Positions 16,579-24,997 of a DNA stretch of 64,000 nt are shown here, in pieces. The notes under the pieces are model-generated. The model saw only the letters and a program-made list of their open reading frames with translations. It ran no database searches and was not told the DNA's origin. Source of the DNA: Phycisphaerales bacterium (GTDB lineage: Bacteria > Planctomycetota > Phycisphaerae > UBA1845); NCBI GenBank assembly GCA_020852275.1, contig JADZBE010000013.1, positions 200,650 to 264,649 on the forward strand, written 5' to 3'. Position 1 is the stretch's first letter. Each line of letters starts with the position of its first letter. The position numbers and the translations under genes are program-made.

Positions 16579-18089
16579 TCGCCGCGGAAGGCGCCGACGG
16601 AATGGAAGGGCTTGCCGGCTGCTGGATCGTGCTTGCTGACGCCACCGGCCATTCCCTGTGGTGGTACGGTCTTCTCGCGCTGACGGCGCTCGTGGGGCTG
16701 GCGGGCGTGCGACGTCTGCCCCGGGGCGCGGGCTGGTCGCTGGTCGTTTTTTCCCTGAGCGTGCTTGCGGGCGCTTGGGTGGCCCGCGAGGGGACGTTTG
16801 CCGGCAGCCTGCTGATCCGCGGCGCCTGGGCGGGAGCGCTGCTGGCGTTGGGGTGGGCGACCGTCGGCTGGGTGCTAGGTCGAGCGATGCCCGCGCCACG
16901 GGAGTCAACGGCGGATCTGCAAAGTGTCATCAGCGTGGCAGCGATGACCTTCGGGGGCGGCGCTTCCGTGGCGATGGTCGTGCTGCTGGCGATGCGCCTG
17001 GCGCACGTGGCGGCGGACCTCCTGTACGTCGGCGGCGCGGCGCTGCAGACCGCGTATGACTTCCCGCCGTCCGGGGCGGTCATCCTCCTGATCCTGCTGT
17101 CCGCCGGCATCCTGCTGCAGCGGCGCTATCGCTCGCTGCCGGGGGGCGCGCTTCCGGTGGTGCTTTGGTGGCTGGCGGTGGGCGCTGCGGGGTGGCTGGT
17201 GCTGTCCGACCTGCCGATGCCGTTTCCGCGGGGCGCGTTGCGGCATGCGACCCTGCTGCCCGCGCTGTTCAACTGGAGCGATCTTGCCGCCGTGCTGATC
17301 GTGGCCGCCGTCGCGATGGAAGGCGCGTGCGACTCGAGACGTCGCCGTCGCTGGGCGCGCGTCCATCCGGAAGCGCTCGCCGCCCCGCGCCCCGCGCGGA
17401 GCGGGCTGCACCTGAGTTGCGCGCTGGTCGGGCTGATGAGCATCCTGGCGTCATCGATGCACCTGGCGCTGCTGCCCGTGGACGACGCGCCCTGGAAGAT
17501 GCTGCGTTGGATCGCGATGGCGCTGCTGGATGGACTCTGCGGAGCGGCGCTGCTCGTGCTGGTCATGCGCCGCTGGAGCGCGGGCGTCGCGGAGGTAGGC
17601 TTGTGGCTGATCTCGATCGGCATCGCCGGCGCGGCCTCGGCGTTCATCCCCTCGTCGCCCGCCTCCGCGGTGGAGCAGTACCCGATGCTTTTCAATGCCG
17701 TCATGGCCGGATTCGTGGTTGCTTCGGCAGTGTGGATGTGGCTGGCGAAGGTGTGGGATCAGCAACTGCTGGACGGTGCGGCGTGGACCACGGCCGGGCG
17801 GCTCATCCCGGACGCGCGGCGGCTGTCCTTCCTGTGCGGTTGTCTGGCGCTTTTGGTGGGAGTCTTGATGGCGCTGTGGCCGCGATTTCCGGCTGTCGCG
17901 GCGGCGGATGATCGGCTGGGGCGGTTTGCGGCGGGCGTGGCGGTGAATCTTCTGGCGCTGGTGGTGTTCGCCCGAAGCGCCCGCTTCTCCCGGCGGACGC
18001 CTTTCCACGTGCTCGCCGCGCTGAGCGTGCTGAGCCTGCTGGGCTTCGCGGCGGTGCGCATGTTGCCTTTTGCCTCCTCGCGCGGGTAA
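16575..18089 (+). CDS. Polytopic integral membrane protein, function unknown
   Basis: 504 codons. GTG start overlaps the upstream stop (GTGA). More than 10 hydrophobic segments rich in L/A/G/W. No family recognised. Confidence 0.65.
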   Translation: MIAAEGADGMEGLAGCWIVLADATGHSLWWYGLLALTALVGLAGVRRLPRGAGWSLVVFSLSVLAGAWVAREGTFAGSLLIRGAWAGALLALGWATVGWVLGRAMPAPRESTADLQSVISVAAMTFGGGASVAMVVLLAMRLAHVAADLLYVGGAALQTAYDFPPSGAVILLILLSAGILLQRRYRSLPGGALPVVLWWLAVGAAGWLVLSDLPMPFPRGALRHATLLPALFNWSDLAAVLIVAAVAMEGACDSRRRRRWARVHPEALAAPRPARSGLHLSCALVGLMSILASSMHLALLPVDDAPWKMLRWIAMALLDGLCGAALLVLVMRRWSAGVAEVGLWLISIGIAGAASAFIPSSPASAVEQYPMLFNAVMAGFVVASAVWMWLAKVWDQQLLDGAAWTTAGRLIPDARRLSFLCGCLALLVGVLMALWPRFPAVAAADDRLGRFAAGVAVNLLALVVFARSARFSRRTPFHVLAALSVLSLLGFAAVRMLPFASSRG

Positions 18090-18195
18090 GATTCGGGTGT
18101 AAGATTCGGGTGAACGCCGAAGCGTCCGTACGCTCCGGCATGAACTCGTGTCGCCGGCGATTTTGCGCCGCCCGGGAATCGGACCCTTACGGCAC

Positions 18196-19197
18196 ATGAA
18201 TCAAGGCAGTCGCGTTACGCGCCTCCTGAAGATCGTCCAGCTCCTTCAGTCCGGACGGGACGTGGAGCCGGATCGACTTGCCACTACGTTGAAAGTCTCG
18301 AAGCGCACGGTGTTCAGGGATCTGAAGGTGCTCGACGAGGCCGGCGTGGGCTTCCGCTTCAGCCGCCGCACGCAGGCCTACGCGCCGCGGGAGGAGCCGC
18401 TGCTGCCGCCGACGCACTTGACGCCGGCGGAGGCGCTGGCGCTGCTGACGCTCATCCGGCAGGGTCTGGCGCAGCGGTCCACGCCGTCGCCGCGCGACGC
18501 GGCGTCGGCGGCGATGAAGCTGGAGAGCCTGCTGCCGCGGCGCCTGCAGGATTACTGCGGACCGATGCTGGCGAGAACAGAGTTCCTGCCTTCGCAGGAA
18601 TCGCGGGCGGACACGGCGGCAGACCGGCTGCTGTACTTCCAGCGGGCGATCGCGCTGGGGCTGAAGGTCGAGGCCGAGTACCATTCCCTCTCGCCGCGCG
18701 AGGTCGTTACTTCGGTGCTGCATGCGTACCGGCTCTTCCACGCGCAGCGGGGCTGGTATCTGATCGCCTTTTCGGAGCACCATGGGCAGACGCGCATGTT
18801 CAAGCTCAACCGGTTCACGCGGCTGAAGTCCACGCAGGAAGAATACAAAGTGGATCCGGCGTTCAGCCTCGAGGCGTATCTCGGTTCCGCCTGGAGCCTG
18901 ATCCGCGAGGATCAAACGCACCTCGTGCAGGTCCGGTTCGAGCCGATGGTGGCCGACAACGTGGCGGAGATCCGCTGGCATGCGGGGCAGCGCGTCAGGC
19001 GGCAGCCGGATGGAGGCATCATCTTCGAGGTGGACGTGGACGGACTGCGTGAAATCTCCTGGTGGATTCTGGGGTACGGCGACCAGGCGACGGTTCTGGA
19101 GCCGCCCGAGCTGCGCGAGATGATCGCGGAGCGCGTCCGCGGCATGGCGGAGCGCTACGGCATTTCGGTCGCGAGCGCGGCGGTGCGAGGCGCATAA
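18196..19197 (+). CDS. WYL domain-containing transcriptional regulator (N-terminal HTH)
   Basis: Likely start ATG 18196 (MNQGSRVTRLLKIVQLL). HTH LATTLKVSKRTVFRDLKVLDEAG. WYL core GWYLIAFSEHHGQTRMFKLNRF. Confidence 0.85.
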   Translation: MNQGSRVTRLLKIVQLLQSGRDVEPDRLATTLKVSKRTVFRDLKVLDEAGVGFRFSRRTQAYAPREEPLLPPTHLTPAEALALLTLIRQGLAQRSTPSPRDAASAAMKLESLLPRRLQDYCGPMLARTEFLPSQESRADTAADRLLYFQRAIALGLKVEAEYHSLSPREVVTSVLHAYRLFHAQRGWYLIAFSEHHGQTRMFKLNRFTRLKSTQEEYKVDPAFSLEAYLGSAWSLIREDQTHLVQVRFEPMVADNVAEIRWHAGQRVRRQPDGGIIFEVDVDGLREISWWILGYGDQATVLEPPELREMIAERVRGMAERYGISVASAAVRGA

Positions 19198-19203
19198 CCC
19201 CCC

Positions 19204-19653
19204 ATGCGCGCCGTGGTCCAACGCGTTCGGTCCGCCAGTGTTGAAGTCGGCGGCAAGACGGTCGCATCCATCGGCCCGGGTCTGCACGTGTACCTCGGCG
19301 TGGACCGGACCGACACAGCGGACGACGTCGCGTTTCTCGCCGACAAGCTCAGCGGGCTGCGCGTTTTTCCCGATGAAGAAGGGCGCCTCAACCGCGACGT
19401 GCGCGACGTCGGCGGAAACGTGCTGGTGGTCAGCGCGTTCACTGTGAGTGCCGATGCGCGGAAGGGTCGGCGCCCCAGCTTCGACTTGGCCGCCCCGGCG
19501 GAAGCCGCGCGGCGGTGGTACGATGCGTTCTGCGACGCGCTGGCGGGAGCGGGGTTGAGCGTTCAGCGCGGCGTGTTTGGCGCGGACATGTGCGTGCGCA
19601 CGGACAACGATGGACCCGTGTGCATCCTGCTCGATTCGAGGAAGGCGTTCTAA
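19204..19653 (+). CDS. dtd: D-aminoacyl-tRNA deacylase
   Basis: MRAVVQRV...GPGLHVYLGV...NVLVVSAFT...RPSF and length (149 aa) match Dtd. Confidence 0.93.
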   Translation: MRAVVQRVRSASVEVGGKTVASIGPGLHVYLGVDRTDTADDVAFLADKLSGLRVFPDEEGRLNRDVRDVGGNVLVVSAFTVSADARKGRRPSFDLAAPAEAARRWYDAFCDALAGAGLSVQRGVFGADMCVRTDNDGPVCILLDSRKAF

Positions 19654-19742
19654 ACGGCGCTTGCTACCCGCTTCGGCGAGCGGGCTGAGCGTCAACGCAG
19701 CATGCGGGCCGCTCCGGCCGGGCGGGTCCTGCGAAGAGCGCA

Positions 19743-19827
19743 AGCCGGCTGAAGCCCGGCTGTGGCGCGCTGCACGGAGCAGCCCACCGCCTCAAGGCGG
19801 TGACAAGAACCACCCGGCTGAAGCCGG
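19743..19827. repeat. Three short GC-rich stem-loops in the dtd / downstream-gene spacer
   Basis: CCGGC-TGAA-GCCCGG (19745-19760), CACCGCC-TCAA-GGCGGTG (19785-19802), CCGGC-TGAA-GCCGG (19814-19827). Confidence 0.7.
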
Positions 19828-19890
19828 CCCATGACAGCGTACAGTTTTGGAACACAACCGCGCGCCGGCCAGGGCGTGCATCGAACGAAC

Positions 19891-21549
19891 ATGAAATCAA
19901 GACGTGACGCATGGAGGCCCGCGATCGTCTCGACGGTCATGACCGCGACGGGCCTGTTCTTCCCGGCCACGGCTCAGTTGACGCCCGATCAGTGCGCGCT
20001 GATTTACAACGGGAAGAGCGAGGCCTCGCGGGAACTGGCGATGAATTACGCTGGCGCGCGCTCGATCCCGCGCGATCAGATGCTGGCGCTGGACGCGCCG
20101 CTGCGCGAGTCCGTCACCCGTGCGGATTACGACCGCCTCGCGGCGACGATCCGGGCGTTTCTCGCCGGAGAGGCCATGTCCCGGCGCGACATCCGCTGCC
20201 TCGTGACTTTCTACGACGTGCCGCTGAAAGTCGAAGCGGTCAAGCCCGACGAATCCGACGTGCGGCAGGCCGATGCGCTGGCGCTGAGACGGTCCGCACT
20301 GGAATCCGACTGGACCGGGAAACTCAAGGAGGCTTCGGCCGCGCTGCCGCCGCGCGTGCAGGCGCTGGTGGACCGCGATGTCGCCGCGGATCGAGATGAT
20401 CCGGCGCTGCGGACCAACCGCCTCCTGCGGCGATGGTGGGAGCATGGCAAGACGCTGCCGGTCGAAGAGCAGCCGGACGAACGCCGTCGGCTCATGAAGT
20501 GGATCGGGGAGGTGCAAGGGCTGACGGCCATCCTCGCGGCAACGAACGGAGCGGACGCGTCCGACCTCCGGACGGATGGGCTTGAACGCACTCGGCAGGA
20601 AGCAGCGCGCGCCGAGGCTGAGATTGCGCGGGGCATGGCTTCGCTCCCCGGCGAGCCTGCGTTCGATCGCTGGATTGCGGCGTTGCAAACCTCGCGCGGA
20701 CTGGCGGGCGCCGTCCAGCTCCTGACGCAGCGCATCGAGTCGTTGACGCCGACGGACAGCGAGGGCGCGTTCGACAGTGAGCTGGCGCTCGTGCTTCATG
20801 AAGACGTTTCGCTGACGCGGTGGACGGCGAATCCGGCGTGCATGTTCAACCCGGTGGCGCCGATCGCGCCGGCGGAGAGTCCGCGCATCCTGATGGTCGC
20901 GCGCATCGACGCCCCGACGCCCGCCCTCGCCCGCCGGCTCATCACCGACGCGCTCGCAGTGGAGAAGTCCGGGTTGACCGGCACGTTCTACATCGACGCG
21001 CGCGGGCTGAAGGACGGCGCGTATTGCGAGTACGACGATGACCTCCGCATGTTGGCGACTTGGACGCGGACGCACACGAAGCTCGCGGTGGCGCTGGATG
21101 ATCGCCCGGAAGTGTTCGCCGAAGGCAGCGCGCCGGACGCGGCGCTCTACTGCGGGTGGTACAGCCTTGCGAAGTACGTGCCGGCGCTGAAGCCGCGGCC
21201 GGGAGCGGTCGGCTTCCACATCGCCAGCTTTGAACTGGCAAGTCTTCGCCGAGAGGACAAGCCGTACTGGTGCGCGGGTCTGCTGCGCGACGGCTTCGCG
21301 GCCACGCTGGGTCCGACGTCCGAGCCTTATCTGACGGCGTTCCCGCGCCCCACGGCGTTCTTCGCACTGCTGATGAGCGGCGAGCTGACGCTGGTGGAGT
21401 GCTACTGGCGGACAAATCCGATGCTGTCCTGGCGCATGGCGCTGATCGGCGATCCGCTGTACCGCCCGTTCGCACGCAATCCGCAGTACCCTCTGCGCAC
21501 CGCCCTGGAGTCGCTTCAACCGAAAGGCGGACAAGCTGCGAGTCCTTGA
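19891..21549 (+). CDS. Secreted hypothetical protein, TIGR03790-like (family name recalled, unverified)
   Basis: ORF 19831..21549; likely start ATG 19891 with a signal-like N-terminus. LIYNGKSEASRELAMNYAGARSIPRDQMLALD resembles the TIGR03790 N-terminal motif. Confidence 0.7.
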   Translation: MKSRRDAWRPAIVSTVMTATGLFFPATAQLTPDQCALIYNGKSEASRELAMNYAGARSIPRDQMLALDAPLRESVTRADYDRLAATIRAFLAGEAMSRRDIRCLVTFYDVPLKVEAVKPDESDVRQADALALRRSALESDWTGKLKEASAALPPRVQALVDRDVAADRDDPALRTNRLLRRWWEHGKTLPVEEQPDERRRLMKWIGEVQGLTAILAATNGADASDLRTDGLERTRQEAARAEAEIARGMASLPGEPAFDRWIAALQTSRGLAGAVQLLTQRIESLTPTDSEGAFDSELALVLHEDVSLTRWTANPACMFNPVAPIAPAESPRILMVARIDAPTPALARRLITDALAVEKSGLTGTFYIDARGLKDGAYCEYDDDLRMLATWTRTHTKLAVALDDRPEVFAEGSAPDAALYCGWYSLAKYVPALKPRPGAVGFHIASFELASLRREDKPYWCAGLLRDGFAATLGPTSEPYLTAFPRPTAFFALLMSGELTLVECYWRTNPMLSWRMALIGDPLYRPFARNPQYPLRTALESLQPKGGQAASP

Positions 21550-22004
21550 TTCGGCGCAGCAGCGCCCAGCCCGCGCGCCAGGGTCGCAAGCCATGCCTCC
21601 ACAAGCACGCGAACTGCAGCCGCGCTCGTCAGGAAACGGGTTCCTCCGGTCCGTACCGCGCGTGTGAGAAATGGGTTCCCTGTCGGGTCGAGCGCAATCC
21701 GCTTCCTTTCCAACACATTGCATCCATCCGAACGACCGCTCTCGTAGCCCTTGAAACGGTTGGCAGGAAGAGGCGCGTGTCCCGAAGGGAGATTTGAAAG
21801 CAGCAGCCGGCAGCCGCGTGATTGCCCTTGAACCTCAGCTCGCGCGAGTTTTGACCACGACGGAGTCGGTCAACACCGCCTTGCGAGCGATTCTCCAAGC
21901 CGTGCCTCCGCCGGCTCCGGGGAGTTGACCCAGACGATTTGCGCGGCTCGACTTCGCGATCACAACTTGCCCGAAGGGGCTGGGTGCGCCGAAGATGCGG
22001 GGCG

Positions 22005-23573
22005 ATGGAGTATGACGTCGTCATTATCGGCGCGGGCATGAGCGGGCTGGCTGCGGGGATCCGGCTGGCCTACTTCGGGAAGCGCGTGTGCATCTTCGAG
22101 CGGCACTACGCTTACGGCGGATTGAACTCGTACTACCGGCTGGGCGGGCGCGAGTTCGACGTGGGTCTTCACGCGCTGACGAATTTCGTCCCGCCGGGTC
22201 GCCGCAACGCTCCGCTCAACAAGCTCCTGCGCCAACTTCGCATCGACCGAGACGAATGGGATCTGCGCGAGCAGGTCGGCTCGGACATTTGCTTTCCCTC
22301 GCGGCGGCTGCGGTTTTCCAACGACCCGGCCCTGCTGGAGTCGCAGGTCGCGCAGCAATTCCCCGATCAGGCCGACCACTACCGCCGGCTGGTCGAGGTG
22401 GTGACCGCGCATGACGACGCCACGCTTTCGCCGGCGCCGATGTCGGGAAGAAGGGTGCTGGGAGCGCATCTGACCGACCCGCTGCTGATCGACATGCTCC
22501 TGTGCCCGCTGATGTTCTACGGATGCCCGACCGAGGACGACATGGACTTCACGCATCTCGTGACGCTGTTCAAGAGCCTTTTTCTCGAAGGTTTCGCGCG
22601 CCCAAGGGAGGGCGTGCGAAGGATCCTCAAGACGCTGGTGCGGCACTATCGGGCGTCGGGCGGGCAGATGCGCATGCGCTGCGGCGTGCGGAAGCTGCAC
22701 GTCGAGAAGGAGTCCGGCGGGGACACAGGGCGGATCGCCGGCGTGGAACTGGACACGGGGGAGATCGCCACGGCGCCGATCGTGCTGTCCTGTGCCGGGT
22801 TCGCCGAAACGATGCGCCTGTGCGAGGCCCCCTTCCCATCGCGTCGAGACGCGGACCTTTCCAACGCAGGACTGTCGGGACGGTTGCCGCGCGGTCAGAG
22901 CCGCGCCCATCCGAGCAGCGCCGGTCAGAGCCGCGCCCGTAAGGCAGCGAAACTAGTTTCTGGTATCGCGTGCCCAACCGGTTTTGACTCCAAAGCGGGC
23001 CGGAATCTGTCCTTCACCGAGTCCATCTGCCTGCTCGATGTCAAGCCGATGGCACTGGGGTACGACCGGACGATCACGTTTTTCTCGACCCTCGACCGGT
23101 TCGAGTACCGCACGCCGCAGGGCCTGATCGATCCGCGCAGCGGCGTGATCTGCTGCCCGAACAACTACGCGGATCACGAGCACCTGCCGGAGGGCGTCCT
23201 GCGGTTCACGTCGCTGGCAAACTACGATCGATGGAAGGCGCTGGCCCCCCGCACGAACATGGGTCCGCAGCCCGATGCGTACGCGGCCGCCAAGGCGTCC
23301 ACGCATCAGGAGGTGGTCGAGCACGCGATGCGCTACCTGCCGGACTTCCGCCGTCATGTGCGGTTCACCGACACCTTCACACCCTTGACGATCGAGCGGT
23401 TCACCGGCCACGACCGCGGGGCGGTGTACGGCGATCCCGTTAAGCACCGCGACGGCCGCACGCCCATCGCCAATCTCTTCATCTGCGGGACGGATCAGGG
23501 GTATCTCGGTATAATCGGGGCGTTGCTCAGCGGGATCACGGTGGCGAATCTACACGTGCTGGGGGCGGAGTAG
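22005..23573 (+). CDS. NAD(P)/FAD-dependent oxidoreductase, phytoene desaturase (CrtI)-like, copy 1
   Basis: Likely start ATG 22005 (MEYDVVIIGAGMSGLAAGIRLA, GxGxxG). ERHYAYGG. Carries an in-frame repeat-derived insertion near codons 290-340. Confidence 0.88.
   Translation: MEYDVVIIGAGMSGLAAGIRLAYFGKRVCIFERHYAYGGLNSYYRLGGREFDVGLHALTNFVPPGRRNAPLNKLLRQLRIDRDEWDLREQVGSDICFPSRRLRFSNDPALLESQVAQQFPDQADHYRRLVEVVTAHDDATLSPAPMSGRRVLGAHLTDPLLIDMLLCPLMFYGCPTEDDMDFTHLVTLFKSLFLEGFARPREGVRRILKTLVRHYRASGGQMRMRCGVRKLHVEKESGGDTGRIAGVELDTGEIATAPIVLSCAGFAETMRLCEAPFPSRRDADLSNAGLSGRLPRGQSRAHPSSAGQSRARKAAKLVSGIACPTGFDSKAGRNLSFTESICLLDVKPMALGYDRTITFFSTLDRFEYRTPQGLIDPRSGVICCPNNYADHEHLPEGVLRFTSLANYDRWKALAPRTNMGPQPDAYAAAKASTHQEVVEHAMRYLPDFRRHVRFTDTFTPLTIERFTGHDRGAVYGDPVKHRDGRTPIANLFICGTDQGYLGIIGALLSGITVANLHVLGAE
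22893..22950. repeat. Direct duplication of the GC-rich repeat core, located in frame inside the CDS
   Basis: GGTCAGAGCCGCGCCC at 22893-22908 and 22923-22938. The second copy continues ...CCGTAAGGCAGCG, matching CAGAGCCGCGACCGTAAGGGAGCG at 6301-6324. Confidence 0.8.
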
Positions 23574-23574
23574 G

Positions 23575-23609
23575 CGAAGTACGAAGAACGAAGTACGAAG
23601 AACGAAGAA
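23575..23609. repeat. Heptamer tandem repeat (CGAAGWA x5) right after the stop codon
   Basis: CGAAGTA CGAAGAA CGAAGTA CGAAGAA CGAAGAA read directly. Confidence 0.9.
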
Positions 23610-23686
23610 TGCAGTTTCCGAGGCTTCGGCAGACGCAACCGGGGGTCAGCCGGAGGAAACCCTTCCTGGGTTGAGGCAGGTATCTG

Positions 23687-24238
23687 GTGGTCCGCCTGAA
23701 ACTTCGTGATGAGGCGCTGCTGATGCTTGAGGGTCGCGGGCAGGTGCTGGAGACGGCGCGCGAGGCCACAGCAGCGTTGCGCGCAGGCGGCGCGGACGGC
23801 GCGGTGATTGGCGGCGTTGCGGTCGTGCTGCACGGGTACGTGCGCACGACTTCGGATGTCGATCTCTTCGTCTCCGATCTTGATAGGGCTGCAACGGCAT
23901 TGCGATCGGGCGGGTTCGCGTTTCGGCGGAAGGACCGTTCGTTCTCGCGCGCGGAGGTCCCGATCCATCTCGTCACCGACTCAACAACCCCGTCGCCATC
24001 GCGACCGTTCGAGACACGGGAAGGGATATGGACGGTCGCACTGGTGGATCTGATCAACATGAAACTGCGCAGCGGCACGGAGAGACTCACGCGAGCGATC
24101 GACTTGGCCGATGTGATCGGGCTTATTCGATGTCGCAAACTGACGGCAGAGTTTACAAAGAACCTGGACAAGGACCTCCGATCGACTTTTCGAAAGCTGG
24201 TGAGTGCGGTCGCGCGAGAAGCAGGACGCCGGAGTTGA
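23687..24238 (+). CDS. Small nucleotidyltransferase-fold protein (minimal AbiEii/MenT-like), no adjacent AbiEi-type partner
   Basis: GGVAVVLHGYVRTTSDVDLFV (G-x-n-D-x-D NTase core). C-terminal LINMKLRSG...RAIDLADVIGL resembles the AbiEii/DUF1814-type helix. GTG 23687 or ATG 23723 start. Confidence 0.7.
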   Translation: MVRLKLRDEALLMLEGRGQVLETAREATAALRAGGADGAVIGGVAVVLHGYVRTTSDVDLFVSDLDRAATALRSGGFAFRRKDRSFSRAEVPIHLVTDSTTPSPSRPFETREGIWTVALVDLINMKLRSGTERLTRAIDLADVIGLIRCRKLTAEFTKNLDKDLRSTFRKLVSAVAREAGRRS

Positions 24239-24318
24239 CTGGTTTGAGGGCGTCGCCGACCTTGCGTTGAAGTGCTGCGATTCCTGGGGTGCGTCGGGGG
24301 ATTGGAGGTGTTTAGGGG

Positions 24319-24780
24319 ATGCATCGCTTGCTGCGCCTGTACGCGGATACTTCGGTGTTCGGTGGGTTTTTCGATCCCGAGTTCCAGGATTCCAGCCGAA
24401 GACTCTTCACGGAGGTCAAGAGCGGGAGGTTCCGGGTCGTGCTCTCGCCGACGACCCTGAGGGAGTTGGCTTTCGCGCCTGAAAGAGTCCGCAACCTGTT
24501 GGCCGAACTCCCCGATCAAGCTGTGGAAGTGCTGGCCGTTTCTGAGCAGGCCGAGTCGCTTCGTGAGGCTTACCTGGAAGCCGGTGTGCTGAGCCTCGGA
24601 TCGCAGGCTGATGCGGAGCACATCGCCTACGCTTCGGTGGCAGGCGTTGATTTGATTGTGAGTTGGAACTTCAAGCACATTGTGCACTTCGACAAGATTC
24701 GTGGATTCCACGCCGTGAACATGCTCAGAGGATACGCGCAGATTCCCATTCACAGCCCGCCGGAAATCATAGAGACATGA
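24319..24780 (+). CDS. PIN domain ribonuclease (VapC-like)
   Basis: LYADTSVFGGFFDPEF (first acidic residue), DAEHIAYA, VSWNFKHIV motifs; 153 aa. Confidence 0.85.
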   Translation: MHRLLRLYADTSVFGGFFDPEFQDSSRRLFTEVKSGRFRVVLSPTTLRELAFAPERVRNLLAELPDQAVEVLAVSEQAESLREAYLEAGVLSLGSQADAEHIAYASVAGVDLIVSWNFKHIVHFDKIRGFHAVNMLRGYAQIPIHSPPEIIET

Positions 24781-24965
24781 AACCTAAGGAATTCGATTGT
24801 GTGCGCATGAAGTATGATATCCAGGAACGGCTCGCCCGGGAGTTTGCCGGGCTGTCGCAGGAGGAACAGCGGCGCAGGACGGAGGCGATCATCGCCGGCG
24901 ACCCCTTGCTGGCACGCTTCTGGGGCCGGGCTCACCCCATCGGCGAGGGTGAACTCACGAAGTAG
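24777..24965 (+). CDS. 62-aa protein translationally coupled to the PIN gene (candidate cognate antitoxin, reversed order)
   Basis: ATGA start/stop overlap at 24777-24780. MKPKEFDCVRMKYDIQERLAREFAGLSQEEQRRR. Not listed as its own ORF (internal ATG of track ORF 24663..24965). Confidence 0.6.
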   Translation: MKPKEFDCVRMKYDIQERLAREFAGLSQEEQRRRTEAIIAGDPLLARFWGRAHPIGEGELTK

Positions 24966-24997
24966 AGTCAGGGCAACGGGGCGGGGAGCGGGGAGCC

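Noticed and set aside
18187-19743. 518-aa minus-strand ORF
   Set aside because: Antisense to the WYL regulator and dtd, both of which have strong motif support.
19897-21723. 608-aa minus-strand ORF
   Set aside because: Antisense to the TIGR03790-like CDS. Low-complexity Arg/Pro/Gln-rich composition and no recognisable domain.
21550-22004. Coding potential in the 455-nt gap (ORFs 21516..21716, 21629..22039, 21270..21797)
   Set aside because: No recognisable motifs. The frames are overlapping and mutually exclusive, and the composition is atypical. It could hide a relic gene, but I cannot support one.
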